Shown piece after piece: positions 1 through 10,865 of a stretch of DNA of 64,000 nucleotides; position 1 is the first letter of the stretch; each line of letters starts with the position of its first letter. The notes beneath the pieces were generated by a model, which was not told where the DNA came from, did not search any database, and saw only the letters and a list, made by a program, of their open reading frames with translations. The position numbers were made by a program, and so were the translations under genes. The DNA comes from Cyanophora paradoxa CCMP329 (Eukaryota; Plantae; Glaucophyta), in NCBI GenBank assembly GCA_004431415.1, contig QPMI01000401.1, positions 248,001-312,000 on the forward strand. The letters are read 5' to 3'.

Positions 1-1091
1 CGCAGACGGACACGCGTACGGGTCGTAATCGCACCTGGTCGAGGAGACGGCCAGTGCGATCGTCTGCGCCAGCCGCCGAAACCTTGAAGCTATTGAAATC
101 ATCATTTTTTTGCGACGCATGCAGGGGCCGAATTCGAAGGCGCACTCGTACGGGTGCAGGCGAGAAGGGACCGCCGCCTCAAGCCCCAGCGTCACACCCA
201 CTGGCGATCGCGAAGGTCTCTGCCCGAAAAGAACAAGTCGAAGAAGATTGATATATATGCACCGCAGTCTCCAGTGGCGCAGAGGGCGTTGCGCTCTTCT
301 TCGGAGATCACGCGCCCCGCCTGCGCGTGGTGCACCGCAGCCAGCGCCCACAGCTGCCGGGCACGGGTCGCGAAGCCGATTTAGTGCCATGCAAATATTA
401 CTGGTGCGATTAAATATTGGTTCCTGGACGGGCGCACCGAGCCAAACGCGACGCACGGGTAGAACGCACACGAGCCGGCCTGGAGACCCTGCACGATCTC
501 CTGCACGCGCGCCTGGGAGCAACCCCGCGAGAGCAGCGCGGCGCCGACGTCGGCCACGACGCGGGCCTCCGCGGGCCGCGTCTCGTGCTCCAGCGCCAAG
601 TCCACGAGCTCCTGCGCGTACGGGAGCTCCTCCCTGCGACACGAGAGTGAGCGAGGGGCGGCAATGGCAGTATCTCGCATTTGATCGCACCGGCCGGCGC
701 CGGCGCCGCGGTACCCGCGATCGTGCCCGGGGCTCCCGTGAGAATCCGAAAGCTTTCCCTCGCTGAGATGAACGACGAAGGCGCGGTCTGCATGCAGAAG
801 ATCGCGGAGAGCGGCGGCCACGTCGGCGAGCTTGCACCTGCGCATGCGATTAAATATTCGCAATCCGTTACGCATATTATATTCTAGCCCCTGAAGCGCA
901 CACAGGAGAGCTCTGAAGAGAGCAACAGCGAGCGCGCACCGCTGCGTGGGGCCGCGGCCGATGCCGCATTCCGGTCGCCCGCTCGAGATCCCCGCTCCGC
1001 CGCAGCTGCAGCACCCGGGACCGCCGAGGCCCAGGGCGCTCGCGGAGCGCTGCAGGGCCTCGCGCGCGAGTGCCTCGTCGCAAATGCGCAT
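1..1091 (-). CDS. 5' part (first GAF domain) of a tandem paralog of the multi-GAF hybrid histidine kinase; gene continues off the left edge
   Basis: Close nucleotide and peptide copy of ~9550-10580 with the same intron positions (MRICDEALAREALQRSAS..PTQR|CKLADVAAALRDLLHADRAFVVHLSE..RREELPYAQELVDLALEHETRP..GRLLDQ). Start codon chosen by analogy. Confidence 0.75.
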
Positions 1092-1604
1092 CGTGGGGAC
1101 GCGGCGAGGCTCGAGATGCAAGTCTGCGAACTCGTTTCGTGTCTGTACCCCTCTCTAAGTTCGAGGCTTCGATCAAGCTTCGCAAAGTGAACTCGAGGAC
1201 TGAACTCGAGAAGAAGAGCTAGGAACAGTCATCAAAAATCACTCCTCGAGCTGAACTTGATTCTTGAGCAAGAGCTCGAGAGAAGAGAAGAGGCTCGAGA
1301 GAAGGGCCAGGGTGAGGAGGATGGCGAGGAAGGCGTCCAAAGTGTTTTCAAACAGCACATGTGCATACTGTGAGGGCTGTACATGTCCAAAACGAGAGAC
1401 GAAACACCTCGCGATAAGCAAGTCAAAGCTAATCGAAGAGGCTAACGTTTTCAAAAGCTCGAGAAAGACCGAATTCTCGAAACGAATCAGCTATACAATT
1501 ACAGCGAATGCGCAAATACGAATGAGAGGCTGACGAGCGAGCTGGCAAAATATTGCGATCGGCGAAAGCGATGTGAAACTGTTGCGAAGACAGACGAGTT
1601 TGTA

Positions 1605-4600
1605 CTAGACCTCTCGACCACCCCAGCGGCTTTCGGGGTGCGGGCAGCTACCCGGCGTAGGGATTGGCAGCGCAGCCGCGGCCGAAGGGTCCGCGGACTC
1701 CTCCAGCCGAAGCCCCGCGCTCCCCGACTCTGCCCCGCCGGCGGGGCGGCCGGCCGCACGGCGGGAAGCGACGGCCTCCTCGGCGGCCTTCAGCGCCTCG
1801 CTCAGCTCCTTCGTCCGCACGGGCTTCTGCGCGCGCCGCGGGCGTCTCAAGCGCCGCGGGCTTCTCAAGGGCGAGGGCGGGGCGGGGCGGACGGCGAGGA
1901 AGGCGTCGTAGCCGGCCTCGGCGCACTCCTGCCGGTCGTGGGCGCCCACGTTGGCGGAGAGGGCCACCGCGTACGGCACGCGGCCCGCCGGCAGCTCCGC
2001 CCGCATCCGCCGCAGCGACTCCAGCCCGTCCATCTCCGGCACTGCCGCCCCCCGTCGGGCGCCTCCCGGGGCCGGGGCGCCGGCCGCGCACTCATGATGT
2101 CCGAGAGGAGGACGTCGAAGGGGCGGCCGGCCGCGGCGGCCGCCTTGGCCGCCTGCAGCGCCCGCGCGCCGTCCTCCGCGTGCTCCACGTCGCTGTAGCC
2201 GAGCTTCCGCAGCAGCACCGTCACGATCTTCGCGTTCGTCTGCGCGGGGGTGGGCCCCAAGCGCGTCGGCTGGCTGAGCGAGGGGCAGAAGAGGGGCGGC
2301 GGCACCGGCGTGTCCTCGGAGAAGAGGATGCGGATCGGCCGCTTGGGGTCGCCCTCGGCCGGGGGCACGGGGCGCGGGGCGGCCGCGGGCTCCGACGCGG
2401 GCTCCAGCCGCTGCTCCAGCTGCGAAAGCGGAGATCATTCTAAGAAGCTCATTCTAAGACCCATCGGCCGAGGGTAAGAAACCAAACTGGAGTTCGAACC
2501 GACGCACTTCCGGGGACAGGGTTGTGAGCAAGTCGTGGCTGCGGATCGGCTCCGTCTGCGTCGGCTGCGGCGGCTGCGGCGCCTCGGCGGGTGGTCCCTC
2601 TGTCCGCGCACTGCACACCCAATGAGAGAGCATGCAAAAAGAAAAAATGTCGAGGTATCAATCATAATAACATCTATTAAACGAGATCAAGAACCGAGCA
2701 GCAGACCGAATACTCTCTGTGAGGCTTTTGTAGAGCATCCGCTCGGACACGGGGAGGCGGAGAGAGATAACATTTTCCCGCACGAATGCTGCAGGTTGAC
2801 GAAGGAAAAGGTCAGACCACAAGAAGCTTTGAGAACAGGATTTGATGGCAAGTTTTCCCTAAATGTGTTAATTTGCGTTTTTGATGGACGAGAAGCCCTG
2901 ATCTACGCATTATCAATGCGGACCTTTCTCTATGCGGACGCCAATGCGGAGGAGGATGAGGGGCGGCGGGGCGCGATCCGCGGCGCCCCGCGCCCGCTGC
3001 AGTTCCTCCAGCAGCCCATCCACCTGCACCCGGGCGGCCGCGGGCGTCGGCGGCGCGGGCGCGGGCGGCGACGGGGGGCGGGGCGGGCCACGGCGGGGAG
3101 CTTGGCGGGGGGGACGAGGGAGGGCATGAAGAAGACGGCCCCCGCGAGCTGCGCGCCCCGCCCCTCCGCCGCCTCCCGCCGCACCGCCCCCAGCGTCCCC
3201 TCCACCGTCCGCTCCTGCCGGAGCGACCATGACATGGCGCGGGCACGAGAAGCAGCGGGCAAAGAACGGCAGGCACCAGGCAGACGCGGACGCCCCACGA
3301 GGCAGCGTCGACTGCAATGGTCCCCTCCCACGCCAGATCGTCGACGCCGACAACCAGCGTCTTTCCCTTGAGCAGCGGATCTTCCTGCACACGCAACGGA
3401 CCCGACTTCAGCGAAGGCTTCAGATCGCCTTGTATGGCTCGCGATCGCGTGCCTTCGGGGGGCAGAGGGCCTGCAGCGTGGGGAGGGCGCGGTCGCCCTG
3501 GGGCACCACGGAGGCCCGGAACGTGAACGCGAAGGTGGACCTGAGCAGAGAGACTGCGTGAGCCCAGCGGGCGGCAATTGCAAGGACGCGGCTGCTGCAG
3601 CTGTCGAAGCGCACCCCGAGCCGACGGTCGAGACGAAGTCGATGCTGCCCTCGAGCGCGAGGGCGATGTGCTTCGAGATGAAGAGCCCGAGGCCCGTCCC
3701 TGCCGGCGCGCCGTTGGCATTGATCTGATCATGAGCCGCGGGCGGCAGCCGCTGAAGCGGACCCTGGTGGCGGCGGCTCTTGGAGGAGTCGAGCTGCGTG
3801 AAGAAGCGGAAGAGCTTCGCCTGGCTCGCCTCCGGGATCCCGCAGCCCGTGTCTGCCGTGGGCGGTGAGAGGAAACATTTACTTCAACAAAGATGGACAA
3901 GGTGGCGGTGCAGGGCGCGCCCGTGACCAAGATGCGGAAGAGGTACTTGCCGTCGGGCCCTGCCGCTCCATAGTATTCAGGGAACAGCGAAGGGAAGCAA
4001 GACGCGGCAGCGACATGGCGCGGACCGGGGCAGCCTTCGGCCTCGAGTTCGACGATGATGCGCCCGTCCGTGGAGAACTTCGCCGAGTCTGACGGGATGC
4101 AGTGAGAGGATGAGGAGTAAGAGTCTTTTACTTGCCAGCGATGACATGTGCCTTGACTTGCCAGGCAAGCGCAAAGCGCGCAAATAAAATTGAATGTTGG
4201 GCATATGGTCAAATCAACGCACTGCCCACGAGGTTGACAATGACCTACGCGACGGGCTAGAAGTCAGCGACCACGGTGATATCGATTTCGTAAATGTGAC
4301 AAGCGTTCAAATGCGAACCTGCCGAATTCGGCCCTTGTCGCAGAAAATGAACCGCGGTACCCCAACTCCCATCTGCGATTAGTCATCCAGTTAGATCAAT
4401 TGCAACTGCCGATTCGCTCTTCCGGCGTATGAGAGCTGACTCTGATTTGCAGAGCGACGTTCTTTTGAGCAGCCACCTGAGAACCGAAGCGAATTCAAAG
4501 TTAGCGATACACAACGCGCCGGCAGCGGGGCTGTCGCGCCGGCCACATCATGTCCATGACCTGTACATGTATGGTGGACTTGTCAAATCACCGGAAATGT

Positions 4601-7600
4601 GAGAGAGCAGGAGGCACCTCCTCGGCGGTGGAGCGCAGGTCCATGGGGTCGGCGGCGACGCGGAGCGACCCGCCGCGCTCGAGGATGCTCGCGTCGAGGA
4701 CCTCGCTCACCAGATCCACCAGCCTGCGCGGTACCGGTGAATCGGCGGTGGCCATGGGAAGCCAAGAAGACATGCATATGACATAGGAATGCAAATGCAA
4801 AAAGGGAAGCCCAGAGAAAATGCAAGTAATTATAATGCAAGCAGCGCACGCTTGGGCGGAGGAACGGATGACGGAGAGGTACTCTCGCTGTTCTACAGTT
4901 TGATTCATGTCCAGCAGCAGATCCGTGATGCCCAGAACCTGGGGATCCGAGCTGACTGATGAGCAGAATATATTTTAATGAACGACATGGGGGATAGCTC
5001 GCTCACCGCTTGCATGGGCGTCCTCATTTCATGCGCTGACGAGCCATCCATCAGCAAGCATTCCGCTCTCGAATTATATATGATCGCAGCAGTGCAAACG
5101 GAGGCATTCCGCTTATAAATTGAGATCAATGAAAGGTTACAAATGCGCACTGATGACGGAGAGGAAGTCACTCTTGGCGCGCGCCGCCTGCTGCGCCTGC
5201 GTCACCAGCGACGCCTGCGCCAGCGCGATGCCCAACACCTGCGAAACATAAAACCACGTTTCAGGTCGCGCTATCTATTTAATGCTAGCGATTCATGCTG
5301 CAGATAGACTATGCTAGCGTTGTGCGATTTATCTATTCAATGCTAGCGTTGTTCTATCTATTTATAAAATTAATGATAGCGATAGATTAGCGCTAGCTCA
5401 TGCGCACCTCGCAGACGTCCTCGAAGAGGGCAAGGTCAGCAGGCCCCAGTGTGCGATTCGGCTCGCCCCAAGTCAACTAGGGAAGGACGAGGGTCAAAAA
5501 AGATCATAGTGTGTCTTTCGCGTGCAGACGCACCCCGACAACGCCGTTGACGAGGCCGCACGAGGTGGTGGCGCGCGCCACGGCAGTACGGCATCCCGAT
5601 TCCCGAAGGAGCTGCACGGTGGCTGCGTCCACGAGTCCGTCCGGGCCCGGCGTCTCCCCGGCCCACTCCTGCGCCCGATGCAAGTCGGCCGCCTGGATCG
5701 TGGTGAGCCCCTTTGTCGCGATGATGGCCTGGAGCATCCGAAACATCAGCGTCAGCGTCGACATCGGAATCGACGTTAACAGACCTCCAGCCGACGTTGC
5801 AGGGTGGCGGAAGACGTAGTGCGTCCCGAGGCCGCATCGATGAGGGAGTCCGGCTTTTCGCGTGCCTCTGCGTCCTTCGCGTACACAGCATCTGAAATAC
5901 GGAACCGCTGAGGGGGACTCTCGGATCCCCGCGGTTCAGGCTCCCACTCAACACAGTATATATGTACGCTTAGCGTGCCGAGAACATCGCACAACATCCG
6001 GGCAGCGGTGTCCATAATTCTGCCGCAGAGTTAACAAAACCTGGGACAAGGGGCTGGCTTCACGTTTTCACGCACGTGCGGGGATCCAGCGTGTCCCGTA
6101 TCTGGTTTGTAATCCTGCGGAGCAGTTGTGCGCGGGCGAGCTGCGCGGTTGACGGCGATTAGTGTTGGGAAAAATTAAAATCAGCGAAGGAAGGCATATG
6201 CATGCCTGTTGCTCGCGGCTGCGAATCTCATCCTCGAGCGCCTGCAGCGAAACAATCAGATGGGTCGAACGGGACTGAGACATTAGACGAGAATAAAGTC
6301 GAACAGGAAGTGCACCTGTACGATACAATCCTGGCCAGTGGCGTCTGCGATTTGCTCGCAAACAGCCTGAACGGAGAGCAGCTTTAATGAAGAGCAGGCC
6401 TGAGTGGCGAAGATATCTACAATCTCACGTCGAATAATGTAAGCGTGTGCTGCCATGGTGCCTGCTTAATTTCCCAACCGATCATGACGATTCCAGTGGG
6501 CTGCAGGCCCAGCACGATTAGAGCCAGCGAGGCGAAATGTTGTACGAGGGACACGCGCCGTTCCACCCCACTTCGTGCCGCGCGCTAGTCCTGAGAGGAA
6601 GCCCATGTCTCGCATCCACTGGCGCAACGCTTCGAACTCCGGCTGCGCGTGCCTTTTCAACGAGAACCAGCGCCCAAGAGAACAAGAGACCAAGAAGGGA
6701 GCGAGCGCGCGCACGTCGTTCTCATTCTTGGCCGGCCCGCCCTCGTCGAATTCAGAGTAACGAAGAAAATCAGAGAACACGTGGACTTGCCCAGCTTCCG
6801 CACGCAGCCGCTGCCAGTTAACGATGAAAAGGCTTTCAGCAGGTAGGAAACGGCCAAATGAAAGACCCACCTCAAAGCGGTAGAGAACGGCGGGCGGGGT
6901 GCTAGCTACTTGGCCGTCCTCCAGGACCTTTGCCGAAGGTGATCCTTTCTTGGCAAAGACCTGCTCATGCGTGCGTGCGCGGCCACACGCTCAAACCCAT
7001 CGAATCGCACTTGAAAAGCTGCGTATACGTAGAGCACCTGCATCGGCGGCTCGCGTGCGATATCCTCGACAAGCACCGCAGTCGCCTTGAAGAGGGTTCG
7101 GATGCCGCCGACGGCCTCCACCATGACCTCCGGCAACGGACGGTTCCTAGGGGGTATGAAGGAGCATGGCGGCCGGGGCGCGGGGCGGGGTTTCAAGTTC
7201 TCGGCTCACGTCCTCATTCCTTTGGCGATGTGGCGGAGCAGCGCCTCGCTCTGCAGCCGCCGCTCGAGCACGCGGAGCAGGTTGTCCTGACCGATCTGTG
7301 CGGCCACCATACGCATCTTAAGAGCTCTCGAATTGAAAAAGTACAGCGAGAGCACGCGAAACAACTGCCCGATCTGGTCGCAGACCGCCTAATGGCCGTG
7401 AAAGGCCGGTGTCGGCATTAGCGGCATGTGACAAAGCTCTGCTTAGCCAAGCGAACCTCAAAAAGAGCACGCTCGTGCGCGGTCGGAGCGTGCTCGTCCG
7501 ACCAGAAGACCGAAACGACGCCCGTCATCTGCGGGAGCTCGATTAAGCCACAGAAGACGTGAATTTCGCACTCGTGATCGGACCTCGCCTCCCCACTCGG

Positions 7601-10551
7601 TGCCGCGGAAGAATCCCGAGGCGGCACCCACGGCGGCGAGCGCTGCTTTCAGCTCCTCCACATCACCCTGGGAATTTTCAAGCGAAGAATGGTCAAGGAC
7701 GCGCAGCAGCGGACGGGATTAGGGCCTTCGCTCGTTTCGGCCTGCGAAACATTGCAAGTTGTCGCCCAGTCGCAGACGTAGACAGTCCGCATCTGGCCGC
7801 GGCCTCCAGTTTCGAAGAGGCGCTGCAAAGAATACGGCTCAAATTAAACTTGAAGTGACTCCTGGGGAATGAGCAGACACGAAGCGAGAACCTGAATGTG
7901 ATGGCGAAGGTCGGCAATGTGTTCGGGCACGACGGCGCCCTCGAGTTGCGCTGGCGGTGAGCCATGCTTCGCGGTCACCTAGGAGTTAAACGGATGAGGT
8001 CGAGTTCAATCGACGAGGTCACATGGTCCTAGTTTGAGAATTGCGTGCCGTGAAGTCTCGAAAGATAGGCGAGACGGATCGGGATGCTTTGTCGACGTCG
8101 ACGATTCCGCCAGCGCCTCCGCCGCCTCCGGATCCACCGCCGCCAGCTCCCTCCGGGCCCCGCAGGCAGTGGACAACCACCATGCTGGCGTCGAACAGCT
8201 CCCGAATCCGATCAACCGTCTGGCACAGAACTTCGCGCATACTCAGCTTCCTGCACGCGTACGCCCGTGAAATCCCTTTCGGCTCTTGGTAAGGATCAAG
8301 TCAAAGCACCTGCAGATGCCGCAGGCGATGTCGCGCAAGAGAGCCTCGCTTCGCAGGCGGCGCTCCAGCACTGCCGTCTGCTGTGCGTGCTGCTGGCCGC
8401 TGAGCGGGCAATCCTTTCACGCTTAGGACAGCGTCGCGTACCTCAGCGGCGAGCTGCCTGTTCCTGGATGCGAGATCGCGCTGCAGTTTGTCCTGCTCGA
8501 CCTGCGAGGCCGCGGGACTCAGCTGCATGAGCGGATCTGGTTATAAGCGGACTGCGCACCGCGCGTCCGGCTTGGTTGCACAGCAGGTCGAAGTGCGATC
8601 GATCCGCCTCTGATGCGACCCGTCCGTCCGCCCAGCCGATCGTCACCAGGCCCATCGTCTACAGGCGCGATGAACGGCGGAGGCGAGGCGGGGCGGGGCG
8701 GCTGGGCAGACCTCGTTGCCCCAATCTGAGACGCGTGAGAGGGCCGAGCGATACCCCATCTGCGAGAGGGCGGCGAGCTCGACCACCTTCTCCTCCTGCG
8801 GCTCTGACGTGAGCCGCGGAGCTGATGCGCCCGCTGGGGCGCGAACTTCGTCTGCTCCATCCAATGGCCCGCCCTCGTCCAGGGGCAGCCGCTGCCGCCA
8901 GTCCGCGAAGAAGAAGACGCGACCGAGTTCCGCGGCCATGCGCTTCCGAGCGATCAGCAAGCAGCGGCTTGAGCACGTGGGAGGCTCGTACATCATGCCG
9001 ATGGCGAATAGCCGGCAAGCAGTCCGGTACCAGCTTCTGGGCAGCGCGCCCAGCTCCCTTTCTCACCGAAACCTGCAGAGTTCGGGGGACGGTGTGAACA
9101 AAAGTGGTCAAGAACAAGATTCCAACAAGCGCACAAGCAGCTCAGGGAGATCCTCCAGCTCTGTTGCTTCGCGGGGGACAGAAGGGTCCACGGCGTCGAC
9201 GCCGCACCTTCTCAGGGTGCGGATTTCGAGGAAGTCCCTGGGCTCAACAATCAGGCGAGGCCGGCGCCGCAGGCGTTTCGAGGGGAAAACGGACGCGTCA
9301 AAAATTCCTTGCAGCCCTATCAGCGCTTTGTGAACCGTGTCCTCAAGACTGCGCTTTCTGCGAGGCGTTCAAATATGGCGACGAAGAAGGTTGGGCAGGC
9401 CAGCTTACTCGTGCAGGCCCCTTGCGATGTCATCAAACAGCTCTTCGCTGCGCTTTCGGCGGTCCAGGTCTCCGGAAGCTTCTTGGAGCTGCGGGGCGGA
9501 GATTATGACGTAAGGAAAATGCATCACCCTGCCTAGCCCGACACGGATGGCACACCTGGTCGAGGAGACGGCCGATGTGCTGCTCTTCTCCAGCTGCAAA
9601 TACCTTGGAGCTGTTGTTCAATGTGAGCGAAAAATACAGCGGTCACAGGGCCCAATCGCGAGGACGCACGGATGCAGGCAAGAAGACACCGCTGCCTCGA
9701 GCGCCAGGCTGCTGGCAACTGCCAATTGCAAGAATTCAGTGCCAGAGAAGAGAGTAGATCTAGATCTAAACTAGTACTATTGCGTTTGCACCGCAGTCCC
9801 CGGTGGCGGAGAGCGCGTTGCGCTCTTCTTCGGAGAGCACGCGGCCCGTCTGCGCGTAGTGCACCGCAGCCAGCGCCCACAGCTGGCGCGCGCGGCTCGC
9901 GACTCAGTATCGATATCGAGGGTTGCTCTCATCGATCTATTCTGGGAGGGGCGCACCGAGCCGAGCGCGACGCACGGGTAGAACGCACACGAGCCGGCCT
10001 GGAGATCCTGCACGATCTCCTGCGCGCGCGCTTGGGAACAACCGCGCGAGAGCAGCGCGGAGCCGACGTCCGCCACGACGCGGGCCTCCGCGGGTCGCGT
10101 CTCGTGCTCCAGCGCCATGTCCACGAGCTCCTGCGCGTACGGGAGCCCCTCCCTGCGACACGAGAGTGAGCGAAGGGCGGCAATGGCAGCATCTCGCATT
10201 TGATCGCACCCGCGCTCGTGTCCGGGGCTCCCTTGAGATTCCGAAAGCTTTCTCTCGCTGAGATGAACGACGAAGGCACGGTCTGCATGTAGGAGATCGC
10301 GGAGAACGGCGGCCACGTCAGTGAGCTTGCACCTGCGATTTGAAAACCGTCACGCCGCGCGCCCGAAGCGCGAGCAGGAGAGCTCTGAAGAGAGCAAGAG
10401 CGAGCGCGCACCGCTGCGTGGGGCCGATGCCGCTTTCCGATCGCTCGCTCGAGCTCCCCGCTCTGCTGCAGCATCCGGGACCGCCGAGGCCGAGAACGCT
10501 CGCGGAGCGCTGCAGGGCCTCGCGCACGAGTGCCTCGTCGCAAATGCGCAT
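1605..10551 (-). CDS. Multi-exon soluble hybrid sensor histidine kinase: 5x GAF - HisKA - HATPase_c - degenerate receiver-like region - REC
   Basis: Spliced H-box AKSDFLSVITHEMRTPMQAVLGITDLLL (5240-4900); LVSEVLDASILERG; N-box VIVNLVGNSAKFS; G boxes DTGCGIP..KLFRFFTQLDSS..GTGLGLFISK; REC IRILFSED..FDVLLSDIMMPEMDG..ALSAN..FLAKPV. GAF entry helices (LRDLLHADRAFVVHL; VLCQTVDRIRELFDASMVVVH; VMVEAVGGIRTLFKATAVLV; LLRRITNQIRDTLD) and exits (GRLLDQ; FDLLCNQ; AVCDQIG; AVCEQIA; LFEDVCEVLGIALAQA). Continuity of all GAF exons in one transcript is inferred. Confidence 0.8.
5271..5397. repeat. AT-rich intronic minisatellite (TATCTATT-N-AATGCTAGCG-like units) in the kinase gene
   Basis: 3-4 degenerate copies of TATCTATT / ATGCTAGCG within one intron. 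Confidence 0.6.
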
Positions 10552-10865
10552 CGTGAGGCGCAGCGAGGCTCGAGATGCAAGTCTTTCTCTTCGCGGCGGT
10601 ACCCGTCTAGATCTGCGTCGCTCAAGTTCGCGGCTCAACTTCGCGGCTCAAGTAGCGCGATTGCGAGGCGAGCTCGCGTGAGGACCGACAGCGAGGCGCC
10701 GACAGCTCGAGGAGCGTCCTAGGCCTGCGGGGCGCCCAGCGTGGGCTTCGAATCCGCCGCGTGTGATGCGCCGGGAACTTGAGCTTCTATAGTTATTCAG
10801 CGTCACGAGAGGAAGGCAGCAGCAGCAGCGACCGCACATCGATGCGTGTGCGCGACTCGCTGCGC

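Noticed and set aside
1160-1533. CTCGAG-rich spacer with an 89-aa Cys-containing ORF
   Set aside because: Low-complexity promoter/terminator spacer between the kinase paralogs; no recognisable domain or regular period.
4243-4260. Two in-frame TAG codons just upstream of the kinase N-box, suggesting a pseudogene or stop-codon recoding
   Set aside because: They lie in an intron 3' end (GCTGAC branch point..CGCGTAG acceptor); splicing gives intact VIVNLVGNSAKF.
5200-10551. Phytochrome or cyanobacteriochrome call for the GAF kinase
   Set aside because: No PAS-GAF-PHY module, DIP motif or bilin-binding Cys-His was recognisable.
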